The notes: generated by a model from the sequence alone, not told the origin. A stretch of 57,971 nt of DNA from Omnitrophica bacterium GWA2_41_15 (GCA_919901925.1 CAKKQA010000033.1:1-57971); one strand, 5' to 3'; counted from the stretch's first letter, positions 1-8,071 are shown. A program made the numbers and translations.

Positions 1-527
1 TATATGAAGCCTTTTGATTTTTGGGAAATTAATTTTACCCTCCGAGGCGAGCTGGTCGGAGATAAGAGAAATATTGTTGAAAAATTATTCTTATTGGCTG
101 CGGCTATCAGGCCACCGGCTTCTTCCGGAGGCAAATCCGGGATTATTACGCCGTCAACGCCGTTTTGGACGCTATCGGCAACAAATCTTTCTTCGCCATA
201 AGAAAATATGGGGTTGTAATAACCCATCAGGCAAATCGGTATTTGCGTCTTGCGCCTTAAACGTTTAACTAAAGAAAATATTTTAGCCAGATTTATTTTA
301 TTGCGGCCCAACGCGTAATGCGAAGCTTCCTGTATAACCGGCCCGTCAGCCAACGGGTCAGAAAAAGGCACACCCAACTCGATAATATCAACGCCCTGCC
401 TATCCAATTCCAAGGCCAATTTCTCCGTCGTGGAAAGATTCGGATATCCACAGGTCAGGTAGACAATCAGGGCTTTTTTGTTTTCTTTCTTGAGCTTCCT
501 AAATTTTAAATCAATTCTGTTAAGCAT
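1..527 (-). CDS. trpA: Tryptophan synthase alpha subunit; N-terminal ~175 aa, C-terminus runs off the window edge
   Basis: Absent from the ORF track because no stop lies in the window. Reverse complement from the ATG at 525-527 reads MLNRIDLKFRKLKKENKKALIVYLTCGYPNLSTTEKLALELDRQGVDIIELGVPFSDPLADGPVIQEAS..., carrying the TrpA GVPFSDPxADGPxIQ signature. Lies downstream of trpB. Confidence 0.85.
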   Translation of the reverse strand, partial: MLNRIDLKFRKLKKENKKALIVYLTCGYPNLSTTEKLALELDRQGVDIIELGVPFSDPLADGPVIQEASHYALGRNKINLAKIFSLVKRLRRKTQIPICLMGYYNPIFSYGEERFVADSVQNGVDGVIIPDLPPEEAGGLIAAANKNNFSTIFLLSPTSSPRRVKLISQKSKGFI

Positions 528-555
528 TGTATTTCTTCACATACCCTAATTTACC

Positions 556-684
556 GTCATTGCGAGGAGATTGCTTCGCTTCGCTCGCAACAGGCTCCGC
601 AATCTCGCTTTTTAAATAGAGGAGGCTTTGTCGCCAATCTTTGTAGTGACAGCACACTGTGCTGTCACTACAACTCGCAATAAC
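556..684. repeat. Family A element, degenerate copy (A1) carrying a nested 33-bp palindrome
   Basis: Starts GTCATTGCGAGGAG and ends CTCGCAATAAC. Interior diverged and contains ttgtagtgacagcacactgtgctgtcactacaa (641-673). Confidence 0.55.
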
Positions 685-701
685 ACATAGAGAGGCTTTG
701 T

Positions 702-1886
702 TTAAAGCTTCAACGCTCCCCTGACAATCCCAACATCCTTATCGCCTCTTCCGGATAAACACATAATAACAGTTTGGCGGGATTTAATTTTCCCGGCTAA
801 GACTTTCAGGTACGCAACCGCGTGAGCTGATTCCAGCGCGGGGATGGTCCCTTCAGTTTCCGATAATAAACGAAAACCCTCAAGCGCCTGTTTATCAGTT
901 ACTGCTACATATTCCGCGCGCCTGATTTTTTGATAATACGCGTGTTCCGGCCCAACCCCCGGATAATCAAGGCCTGCAGCAATCGAATGAGCAATAGCAA
1001 TCTGGCCGTCTTTATCCTGTAAAACTTTACTTTTCGATCCATGCAGAACACCAGTGCGGCCTTTATTCAAAGTAGCGGCGTAATGCGGCGTATTTAACCC
1101 CAAGCCCGCGGCCTCTACCCCGATAAACTTAACCTTGCGGTCATTAAAAAAAGAATAAAACAATCCCATAGCGTTGCTTCCTCCGCCAACACAGGCAACC
1201 AGGCAATCAGGAAGGCGTTTTTCTATATTTACAAACTGCCCTCTTGCCTCTTTTCCGATTACCGATTGAAAATTCCGGACCATCATCGGGTACGGATGCG
1301 GCCCGGCAACAGAACCAATAATATAATGCGTGTCTTTAACATTTGTCGCCCAGTCGCGGATAGCCTCATTCATCGCGTCTTTTAAAGTCTTGCTTCCGCT
1401 AGATACCGGAATAACCCGCGCCCCCAACAATTTCATCCTAAAAACATTAAGCTCCTGACGCCGGATGTCTTCCGTACCCATAAATACATCGCATTTTAAG
1501 CCGAACATTGCCGCGACCGTTGCCGTGGCAACACCGTGCTGGCCGGCGCCTGTCTCGGCAATCACGCGGGGCTTTTTCATCCGCAAAGCAAGCAGGGCTT
1601 GTCCGATAGTATTATTGATTTTGTGCGCTCCGGTATGCAAGAGGTCTTCCCTCTTAAGATAGATCTTTAATTTTCCGCCGAGCGAGCGGCTTAGGTTTTC
1701 GGCAAGATATAGCGGCGTAGGCCTGCCGCAGTAATTTTTGAGGTAGTAATTCAATTCAGCCAGAAATTTCTTGTCCCTCTTTGCCTTTTGATACTCATTC
1801 TCGAGCTCTGACAAGGCAGACATTAATACTTCAGGAACAAACTTTCCGCCGAATTCGTCAAAGTGGCCGGATTTTGTGGGTAGCAT
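702..1886 (-). CDS. trpB: Tryptophan synthase beta subunit
   Basis: 394 aa; HTGAHKINN (PLP lysine region) and GGGSNAMG motifs, colinear with TrpB over the full length. Confidence 0.96.
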   Translation of the reverse strand: MLPTKSGHFDEFGGKFVPEVLMSALSELENEYQKAKRDKKFLAELNYYLKNYCGRPTPLYLAENLSRSLGGKLKIYLKREDLLHTGAHKINNTIGQALLALRMKKPRVIAETGAGQHGVATATVAAMFGLKCDVFMGTEDIRRQELNVFRMKLLGARVIPVSSGSKTLKDAMNEAIRDWATNVKDTHYIIGSVAGPHPYPMMVRNFQSVIGKEARGQFVNIEKRLPDCLVACVGGGSNAMGLFYSFFNDRKVKFIGVEAAGLGLNTPHYAATLNKGRTGVLHGSKSKVLQDKDGQIAIAHSIAAGLDYPGVGPEHAYYQKIRRAEYVAVTDKQALEGFRLLSETEGTIPALESAHAVAYLKVLAGKIKSRQTVIMCLSGRGDKDVGIVRGALKL

Positions 1887-1906
1887 GTTTTTTATGTAAA
1901 ATTATT

Positions 1907-2011
1907 GTCATTGCGAGGAGCTATCGTTTGTACTGGCGACGAAGCAATCTCGCTTTTAAATACGAGATTACTTCGTCACTGACATACCAAGCGAAGGCTC
2001 CTCGTAATGAC
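1907..2011. repeat. Family A double-stem palindromic element (A2)
   Basis: GTCATTGCGAGGAGC...GACGAAGCAATCTCG-loop-CGAGATTACTTCGTC...CTCCTCGTAATGAC. Confidence 0.9.
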
Positions 2012-2043
2012 AACCTTATTTTTTCTTTTCTCCGGTTTCTTTG

Positions 2044-3009
2044 TTATTTATATAGTGATAACTGCTTTATCCTCTTGACCATATTCGGATGCGTGCTCAT
2101 GACTTCCATGAGGCGTTGGCCAAAACTGATGTTCACGTTTTTGGCGCTTAAGGCTGCCAGTTCGTCAGCATCAATAATCCCTGAACCGTCAATATCCAGC
2201 TGGCGCAGTTCACGGATTTCATTTAACGCCGCCGAAGGATCGTTGATAAAGAATGCCTTTAATCCTTCCACCTGCTTCAAGGATTCCTTATCCGCCCTTG
2301 CCGAGCCATAGACTAATTTATACAGCGCTGTGGCTAAATGTTTGGGCGCGCATCCTAAAGCCACAGAACCCCTATCCGCGAAATACTCCCTGATTCTCGA
2401 CGCGTAAAGCACCAAGAGGTTAGTGATAAAATAAAAAAGCATAGCCGCTATTCCTATCAACATAGCATTGCCGCCGCCCTCACGCCTTCTTCCGCCGCCG
2501 TAATAAAGCGTGCTGAAAGCAATACGATAAAGCACTATCGGGATCACCGACAATAAAGTAATGGTAAGCACATCTTTATTTTTTAAATGGGTCATCTCAT
2601 GGCCCAGGACCGCGCGTAGTTCATCCTCATTAAGGAGGCGCATAATCCCTCTGGTCACGCAAATGCGCCCGTCTGACTTCCACCTGCCAAAGGCAAAGGC
2701 GTTAGGAATCTCAATATCCGCGACACCCACTCTTGGCATAGGGACTGCGGCGCGCGTCGCCAGGTCTTTGAGCATCGCGTATAGATTAGGCTCTTCTTTT
2801 TCGCTGACATACTTTACCCGCATGGACCATTCCACCATCTTCGGGCCAATCATGTATTGTATAAACATCATCCCAATAGAAATGATCAGGTAAAACCAGA
2901 AGTTCCCGATGCCTAACGAAGCTGACACGGCAACGATGATACCGTAAACAATGCTGAATAAAACTGCCATCAAAAGCCACATACGTAATTTTAACCAAAA
3001 AATAGACAT
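2044..3009 (-). CDS. htpX: M48-family zinc metalloprotease HtpX homologue with an EF-hand-like loop
   Basis: HEMTH (HExxH), several hydrophobic segments, C-terminal STHPNMVKRI typical of HtpX. GGAGG Shine-Dalgarno 8 nt upstream of the ATG at 3009. Confidence 0.85.
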   Translation of the reverse strand: MSIFWLKLRMWLLMAVLFSIVYGIIVAVSASLGIGNFWFYLIISIGMMFIQYMIGPKMVEWSMRVKYVSEKEEPNLYAMLKDLATRAAVPMPRVGVADIEIPNAFAFGRWKSDGRICVTRGIMRLLNEDELRAVLGHEMTHLKNKDVLTITLLSVIPIVLYRIAFSTLYYGGGRRREGGGNAMLIGIAAMLFYFITNLLVLYASRIREYFADRGSVALGCAPKHLATALYKLVYGSARADKESLKQVEGLKAFFINDPSAALNEIRELRQLDIDGSGIIDADELAALSAKNVNISFGQRLMEVMSTHPNMVKRIKQLSLYK

Positions 3010-3096
3010 TTTAAAATCAACCTCCTCATTCTACTTCGCCATTCAAATAGCCAAACAATGGTATGGCTTCGTAGGAATGGTCTGCTCTATTTATAT

Positions 3097-3183
3097 TTAA
3101 TAGGTGCTGCGAAGCCCTACCAACGTATTTATATTGAAGGGCGTAGCAGACCACATACGTAATTTTAACCAAAATATTGACAT
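3097..3183 (-). CDS. 28-aa leader ORF (MSIFWLKLRMWSATPFNINTLVGLRSTY) whose first 11 residues equal the HtpX N-terminus
   Basis: ATG at 3181-3183 preceded by AGGAGG (rc of 3189-3194). First 33 nt match the htpX start except for two synonymous third-position changes. Confidence 0.4.
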   Translation of the reverse strand: MSIFWLKLRMWSATPFNINTLVGLRSTY

Positions 3184-3210
3184 CTTACTCCTCCTATAAT
3201 CCTGCAAAAC

Positions 3211-3313
3211 GGGTCGGATAAATCCGACCCCTACAGACATATCTGTAGGGGCGCGATTTATCGCGCCCGCAGCAATCGTCAGCACATCCGTAGGGGCGCG
3301 ATTTATCGCGCCC
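3211..3313. repeat. Cluster of three GGG(N5)GAT-AAA/TTA-ATC(N5)CCC hairpins joined by CTACAG/CTGTAG
   Basis: gggtcggataaatccgacccctacag (3211-3236), ctgtaggggcgcgatttatcgcgccc (3243-3268), cgtaggggcgcgatttatcgcgccc (3289-3313). Located in the htpX 5' leader. Confidence 0.8.
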
Positions 3314-3334
3314 GAAAAAATCCGTATTGCGTAT

Positions 3335-3362
3335 ATTATAACAAAAACCTAAAACTTTACAA
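3335..3362 (-). promoter_or_regulatory. Sigma70-like promoter for the htpX leader
   Basis: Minus strand reads TTGTAA - 16 nt - TGTTATAAT, a perfect -10 with an extended TG. -35 at 3357-3362, -10 at 3335-3340. Confidence 0.55.
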
Positions 3363-3455
3363 GGAAAACAGGAAAATCATTCACCCGCCTTCGCCCTGCA
3401 AGGTGTCAATAGATGGTAGGGCTACGGCGCGGTTGTCCCCGCCTTCGGCGGAGAC

Positions 3456-3483
3456 AAAAAAAACACCCGGATTTTTCGGGTGT
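3456..3483 (-). terminator. Intrinsic terminator
   Basis: Minus strand ACACCCG-aaaaatc-CGGGTGT followed by TTTTTTTT (A-run 3456-3463 on the plus strand). Confidence 0.7.
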
Positions 3484-3727
3484 TATCTTAAGAAGCCGGC
3501 CGATAAAGGTGACACTTACATCACCTCTCTCGAACTTACGGCAGTCCAACTACCATGGCTGCCTAAACTGCCTAACTAACCAAATGGTGCTGCAAAACTG
3601 CTGACTACTGGTTACGGCTTGTCTAGACGGCTTTAGGTCTGTGACTTTGCGACCCTTAGGTTTCCCTAAGGTTTACCTTTATCGGCTAACCCCACAAGCG
3701 AAACTGCGAAGCGGCTCTTGTGGAGAC
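3456..3727 (-). ncRNA. Candidate ~270-nt structured sRNA; class unresolved, 6S-like or novel
   Basis: Own promoter at 3734-3762. 12-bp closing helix GCCGATAAAGGT/ACCTTTATCGGC. Local hairpin CCTTAGG-GAAA-CCTAAGG with a GNRA loop. Ends in an intrinsic terminator at 3456-3483. No credible ORF on the minus strand. Confidence 0.45.
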
Positions 3728-3733
3728 AATTAT

Positions 3734-3762
3734 AGTATACCTCAAAAATCGCTAAAAAGCAA
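3734..3762 (-). promoter_or_regulatory. Sigma70-like promoter of the sRNA candidate
   Basis: Minus strand reads TTGCTT - 17 nt - TATACT. -35 at 3757-3762, -10 at 3734-3739. Confidence 0.45.
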
Positions 3763-3779
3763 GTTTTTGACCACCCACC

Positions 3780-3836
3780 AATCAGCCCCTGGAGCTGATT
3801 TAGGTTAAACCGCTTACTAGCTCCAGGGGCTGATTT
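3780..3836 (-). other. 16-bp perfect hairpin starting 4 nt after the beta-CASP stop codon
   Basis: aatcagcccctggagc (3780-3795) pairs with gctccaggggctgatt (3821-3836) around a 25-nt loop. No U-tract follows, so it is more likely a 3' stabiliser or processing hairpin than a classical terminator. Confidence 0.5.
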
Positions 3837-3839
3837 GGG

Positions 3840-5225
3840 TTAAACTAGTTCGACGGTTTCGTATTTCTTGGGTATATGCGCGCGGAAATTATTATTACGC
3901 AGGTTTTCCGCCAGCGCCTCGGATTGATCCATATCGCCATGGACGATAAAAACCTTTTTTAAGCTTCCTCCTGTGGCGCGGACATATTCCACTAAATCAT
4001 CTTTATCGGCATGGGCGCTAAAAGAGTTGATTACCTCCACCTCTGCCCTAAGTTGAAACGGCTCGCCGAATATTTTCACTCTTCTACGTTTCTCAACGAG
4101 ATGTTTGCCCAAAGTATTCTTCGCCATATAGCCGACAACCAGAATAGTATTGCGCTCATCCTCTATATTATTCCTCAAATGATGCAAAATCCTGCCGGCT
4201 TCGCACATGCCGGATGTGGAAATAATAATCATCGGCTCTTTGATAAAATTCAGCCTTTTGGATTCTTCGGTTTCGCGGATATAATGGATGGAATTTAAGC
4301 CAAAAGGATCGGAGTTCCTGGTCATCATCGCCTTAGTCACTGAATCAAGGTATTCCTTGCTTTCCACAAACACATCCGTAATATTACAGGCCAGAGGGCT
4401 ATCCACATAAATCGGCAGAGGCTTGATCTTTTTCTCTTTTATCAGCCGGCCAAGGTAATAAACAACCTCTTGCGTCCTTTCTAAGGCGAAAGAAGGAATT
4501 ATGATTTTACCGTTTCTTGCCACTGTGCGGTTTATAGCGTCAGTTAATTTTGACTTTGCCTCTTTCACTGGTTCGTGGCCCCTGCCGCCGTAGGTGCTTT
4601 CAATGATCAGGTAATCAACATCGCTTAAAATATCGGGGTCGCGCAGTAATGGGATATCTTTCCTTCCCAAGTCGACAGCATAAGCGATTTTTATCCCCTT
4701 AGCCTCAAAAAAAGGAACCACCGAGCCTAAAACATGTCCGGAATTATAAAAGGTACAATTTACATCTTCGGTAAGTTTAAATTTCTTTTTATAAGCCACT
4801 GCCCGCATATTTTTAAACGCCTTATTAGCGTCTTCCGTCGTGTATAAAGGCCGCCGCGGCGGCAGGCCTTTTCTTTCGTTTATTTTATTGACGAATTTGA
4901 TATCTTCTTCTTGAATATGGGCGCTGTCTAAAAGCATTAAGCGGCATAAGTCTTTTGTCGGCTGGGTAAGGAATATTTTTTTCTTAAAACCGCTTTTTAT
5001 CAAATTCGGCAGGTTTCCGCAGTGGTCAATATGGCTGTGCGATATGACCGCGGCATCCACCTGATGAGGGTTAAATCCGAAATAAGAATTTATTTTATAA
5101 TAATCTTCGCGATGGCCCTGAAAGAGCCCGGCATCTATGATAATATTCTGGCCGTCAACTTCCAAAAGATGCATCGAACCGGTAACTGTCCTGACCCCGC
5201 CGCAAAATGTAAGGTTAACCGCCAT
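3840..5225 (-). CDS. Metallo-beta-lactamase / beta-CASP family RNA-metabolising hydrolase (RNase J/CPSF-like)
   Basis: 461 aa; HSHIDHCG (HxHxDH) motif, later conserved His/Asp positions and a C-terminal FSAHAD motif typical of beta-CASP proteins. Start overlaps the trpF stop by 11 nt. Confidence 0.8.
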   Translation of the reverse strand: MAVNLTFCGGVRTVTGSMHLLEVDGQNIIIDAGLFQGHREDYYKINSYFGFNPHQVDAAVISHSHIDHCGNLPNLIKSGFKKKIFLTQPTKDLCRLMLLDSAHIQEEDIKFVNKINERKGLPPRRPLYTTEDANKAFKNMRAVAYKKKFKLTEDVNCTFYNSGHVLGSVVPFFEAKGIKIAYAVDLGRKDIPLLRDPDILSDVDYLIIESTYGGRGHEPVKEAKSKLTDAINRTVARNGKIIIPSFALERTQEVVYYLGRLIKEKKIKPLPIYVDSPLACNITDVFVESKEYLDSVTKAMMTRNSDPFGLNSIHYIRETEESKRLNFIKEPMIIISTSGMCEAGRILHHLRNNIEDERNTILVVGYMAKNTLGKHLVEKRRRVKIFGEPFQLRAEVEVINSFSAHADKDDLVEYVRATGGSLKKVFIVHGDMDQSEALAENLRNNNFRAHIPKKYETVELV

Positions 5226-5874
5226 ATTTTTTCGCCCTTTCTATGAATTCTTTTACTTCCCGCGCGTTTTTTTTGCCCACAGATATTTCCAAACTACTGG
5301 AGGCATCAACCCAATCCGGCTGAACGCATTTTATCGCTTCTTTCACATTGCCCGCGCCTAAGCCTCCGGAAATAAAAAAAGGCTTTTTCACACAAACATC
5401 TTTTAGCAAACCCCACTTAAATTGCTCGCCGGTGCCGCCGCGCAATCCTTTTTTAAAAGCGTCAAACAAAAAGTAATCGACGCCTTTATACAAGCCTATA
5501 CTTCTTAGGCTTGCCTTATTTTTTACCCTGAAAGACTTGATTACCTTATATCCTGAAAAATCCCGGCAAAATTCAGGGGTTTCCTCCCCGTGAAACTGCA
5601 ATATATCCAAGCCGCATAATTTAGCAGCTTTCTTTACATAAAGAGCTTTCGAGTTCACGAAAACTCCGATTTTCTTAATTGATTTTTTTAGCTGTTGAAT
5701 TATTTTCTGCGCTTGGCGGGGGCTGATATAACGCGGGCTTTTAGGATAAAAAACAAAACCTAACGCGTCCGCGCCGCAAGTTTGCGCGCAAAGGGCGTCA
5801 GAGAGATTGGTTATACCGCAGATTTTTACCTTTATTCGCTTATCCCTGCTTATAGAAACTCCTTTAGGCGGCAT
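5215..5874 (-). CDS. trpF: Phosphoribosylanthranilate isomerase
   Basis: KVKICGIT N-terminal motif, 219 aa, immediately follows trpC. The true start may lie slightly downstream. Confidence 0.88.
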   Translation of the reverse strand: MPPKGVSISRDKRIKVKICGITNLSDALCAQTCGADALGFVFYPKSPRYISPRQAQKIIQQLKKSIKKIGVFVNSKALYVKKAAKLCGLDILQFHGEETPEFCRDFSGYKVIKSFRVKNKASLRSIGLYKGVDYFLFDAFKKGLRGGTGEQFKWGLLKDVCVKKPFFISGGLGAGNVKEAIKCVQPDWVDASSSLEISVGKKNAREVKEFIERAKKYGG

Positions 5875-5875
5875 T

Positions 5876-6781
5876 CTATTTCCTTCGGGATATTTTCTTT
5901 TTATTCGTTTTTGCTTTGGTTTTCTTTTTTGTAGAGCTTTTGGCTTTAAGCCTAGGCTTAAGCTTTGGCTTTGGCTTAGGCTTTGGCTTTACGGCTTTTG
6001 GCGGGCCATCAACTACATCTTTTATCTTTTTTTTCAAATCATCAGCCTTCATAAAAGCGCTGCCTATCAAAATGGCGTTCGCGTTTTGCTTTTTATAAGC
6101 AAGGTATTCCTGATGATTTTTAATCCCGGATTCAACTACTATCACTTTATCCCCCGGAACCTCACCTATCAGCCCCTTTGCCAGCTTATTATCAACTTCT
6201 AAGGTATGAAGATTACGATTATTTATTCCGATAATTTCGGCATTCTGTCCCAGCGCATACTTTAAATCGTCTAAATTACCCACTTCAACCAAACAATCAA
6301 GCTCCAGCCTTTGCGCCGCCTCTAAAAACTGCGCCAATTTACCATCCTTCAATATTTCAGCTATCAACAAAACCGCGTCCGCGCCGAAAAATTTGGATTC
6401 ATAAAGCTGATAAATATCAAAAATAAAATCCTTCCTTAATATGGGCACGGTGACTATCTTTCTGACCTGATTCAAATATCCGATTTTACCCTGAAAATAT
6501 TTTTCTTCGGTCAAAACAGACACTGCTTTTATTCCGCAGTTCTCATAGATACGGCTTATTCGCACGGGGTCAAAATCTTCTCTTATCAACCCTTCGGAAG
6601 GCGAAGCCTTTTTGATTTCTCCGATTATTGATAGTTCACCCGGAAGGCTTATCGCGCTTTTAAAAGAGCGGGATTCCCTCGGCTCTTCCAGCTTCATCCG
6701 CAATTCCTCCTCAGGATAACGGCGCTTGACATCTTTCAGCCCCTTGTGTTTCTCGAGTAAAACTTCTTTTAAAAAGTCCAT
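5876..6781 (-). CDS. trpC: Indole-3-glycerol phosphate synthase with a ~44-aa Lys/Pro-rich C-terminal tail
   Basis: IGEIKKASPSEG motif and TIM-barrel-length core. Tail reads KPKPKPKPKLKPRLKAKSSTKKKTKAKTNKKKISRRK. Confidence 0.9.
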   Translation of the reverse strand: MDFLKEVLLEKHKGLKDVKRRYPEEELRMKLEEPRESRSFKSAISLPGELSIIGEIKKASPSEGLIREDFDPVRISRIYENCGIKAVSVLTEEKYFQGKIGYLNQVRKIVTVPILRKDFIFDIYQLYESKFFGADAVLLIAEILKDGKLAQFLEAAQRLELDCLVEVGNLDDLKYALGQNAEIIGINNRNLHTLEVDNKLAKGLIGEVPGDKVIVVESGIKNHQEYLAYKKQNANAILIGSAFMKADDLKKKIKDVVDGPPKAVKPKPKPKPKLKPRLKAKSSTKKKTKAKTNKKKISRRK

Positions 6782-6818
6782 AATTTAATCCCTCGCGGAC
6801 AAAACGTTTATATCTACG

Positions 6819-6846
6819 GTAGGGGACGGTCGCGACCGTCCCCTAC
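6819..6846. repeat. Family B palindrome GTAGGGGACGGTCGCGACCGTCCCCTAC
   Basis: 28-bp perfect palindrome. The CTA at 6843-6845 is the trpD TAG stop. Confidence 0.9.
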
Positions 6847-7853
6847 ATCGTTGTAAACTTCCTCAACTCATCCAACTTCGAAAATGCCCTTCCTGAATCA
6901 ATCGACTCCTGCGCCAACTTAATTCCTTCTTTTATCGTCTTTGCCTTATCCGCGGCATAAATAGCGCAGCCAGCGTTAAGCAAAATGATATCCCTTTTCG
7001 GGCCCTTGGCGCCCTGCAATATTTCTCTGGCTATATCCGCGTTAGTCGCGGCGCTGCCGCCCTGCAAATCTTCTATTTTAGCTTTTTTCAACCCAAAATC
7101 ATCCGGGCTGATTTTGTAAGAGCGGATCTTTCCCTTATTCAATTCACAAACCGCGGTTTCGCCGCAAGTGGTAACCTCATCCAACCCATCCATGCCATGC
7201 ACAACAAGCGCGTGTTTTACGCTCAAGGCCTTTAAGACTTCCGCTAAAGGCTTAAGAAGCTTAAGGTCATAAACGCCTAAAAGCTGATGCGTGGCAAAGG
7301 CAGGATTAGTTAAGGGCCCCAGAAGATTAAATATTGTGCGCACGCCTAACTCTTTTCGGACACCAGCGGCGAATTTCATCGCCGGATGCAATGTCTGGGC
7401 AAAAAGAAAACTAATCCCGACTGCTTTTAAACATTCCTCTGCCTTTGACTCGTCAATATTGATATTAATGCCCAACGCTTCTAAAAGGTCGGCTGAACCG
7501 CAGTGGCTTGAAACCGCGCGGTTGCCGTGTTTGGCCACCACAAGCCCCGCGCCCGCGGCCACAAACGCGCAGACCGTAGAAATATTAAAAGTCAATGAAC
7601 GGTCGCTTCCTGTGCCGCAAGTATCCAGAACAACATCCTCGGGCGTATTTACGCGTTTAACAAATTTACGCATTGCTAAAGCGGCTCCGGTGATTTCCTC
7701 CGGAGTCTCGCCCTTAATGCGTAAAGCAACCAATAATCCGGCTATCTGGGCAGGGGTTACTTCAGCTTTCATTATTTCCTCAAACACCGCCTGCATCTTT
7801 TCACGGGTCAAATCCTTGCCTTCAATCAGTTCAGCGATAACCTCTTTAATCAT
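6843..7853 (-). CDS. trpD: Anthranilate phosphoribosyltransferase
   Basis: 336 aa; DTCGTGSD and KHGNRAVSS motifs. Confidence 0.93.
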   Translation of the reverse strand: MIKEVIAELIEGKDLTREKMQAVFEEIMKAEVTPAQIAGLLVALRIKGETPEEITGAALAMRKFVKRVNTPEDVVLDTCGTGSDRSLTFNISTVCAFVAAGAGLVVAKHGNRAVSSHCGSADLLEALGININIDESKAEECLKAVGISFLFAQTLHPAMKFAAGVRKELGVRTIFNLLGPLTNPAFATHQLLGVYDLKLLKPLAEVLKALSVKHALVVHGMDGLDEVTTCGETAVCELNKGKIRSYKISPDDFGLKKAKIEDLQGGSAATNADIAREILQGAKGPKRDIILLNAGCAIYAADKAKTIKEGIKLAQESIDSGRAFSKLDELRKFTTM

Positions 7854-7871
7854 TTGTGCACCTTTAACCTT

Positions 7872-8059
7872 GTCATTGCGATGGAGCTCTCCGCGTCATC
7901 GCGAGGAGCTGCTGTTGACACGATGCGACGAAGCAATCTCTTTTTTTCCGCCTACGTGCTTCGCACTTCGGCGGATCCACCGTAGCTCATAAGAGCGAAG
8001 GTGGAAAAAACGGGATTGCTTCGTCACTGACATGCCTGACGAAGGTTCCTCGCAATGAC
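7872..8059. repeat. Family A element, composite copy (A3) with a 70-bp insert in its apical loop and a partly duplicated left end
   Basis: Outer and inner stems are as in the other copies. 7941-8010 is an extra hairpin-forming segment flanked by T7/A6 runs. Confidence 0.85.
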
Positions 8060-8071
8060 ATTAGATAAAAA

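Noticed and set aside
4-509. Plus-strand ORFs 4-201, 14-268 and 318-509 at the left edge
   Set aside because: They lie antisense to an uninterrupted TrpA reading frame on the minus strand and have no recognisable motifs. They are shadow ORFs.
1781-2311. 176-aa plus-strand ORF, and similar long plus-strand ORFs throughout (for example 7291-7992, 9046-9456, 42404-42952, 43853-44290, 53377-53883)
   Set aside because: All overlap well-supported minus-strand genes or run through family A repeats. Their translations are low-complexity (S/P/A/L-rich) with no motifs. None is needed to explain any gap.
3413-3604. 63-aa plus-strand ORF inside the sRNA candidate
   Set aside because: It is on the wrong strand relative to the promoter and terminator. 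It has no SD, and its sequence is Arg- and Cys-rich junk.
3456-3727. Assignment of the sRNA candidate to tmRNA, RNase P RNA, SRP RNA, a T-box leader or a riboswitch
   Set aside because: The expected hallmarks are missing:
- No tRNA-like acceptor/T-arm ends and no plausible tag ORF; the candidate frames end AKSQT*, DKP*.
- No GAGGAAAGTCC or ACAGAA..GGCTTA RNase P boxes.
- No GGAA-capped helix with an AGCA symmetric loop.
- No GGGTGGTACC T-box sequence, and no antiterminator alternative to the terminator.

The class is left open.
3821-3840. GGGGCTGATTTGGGT resembling the 5' end of tmRNA (GGGGCTGATT...)
   Set aside because: It is the right arm of a 16-bp perfect hairpin directly after a stop codon, and on the plus strand it runs into a coding region. 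No T-arm or CCA-proximal counterpart exists nearby.
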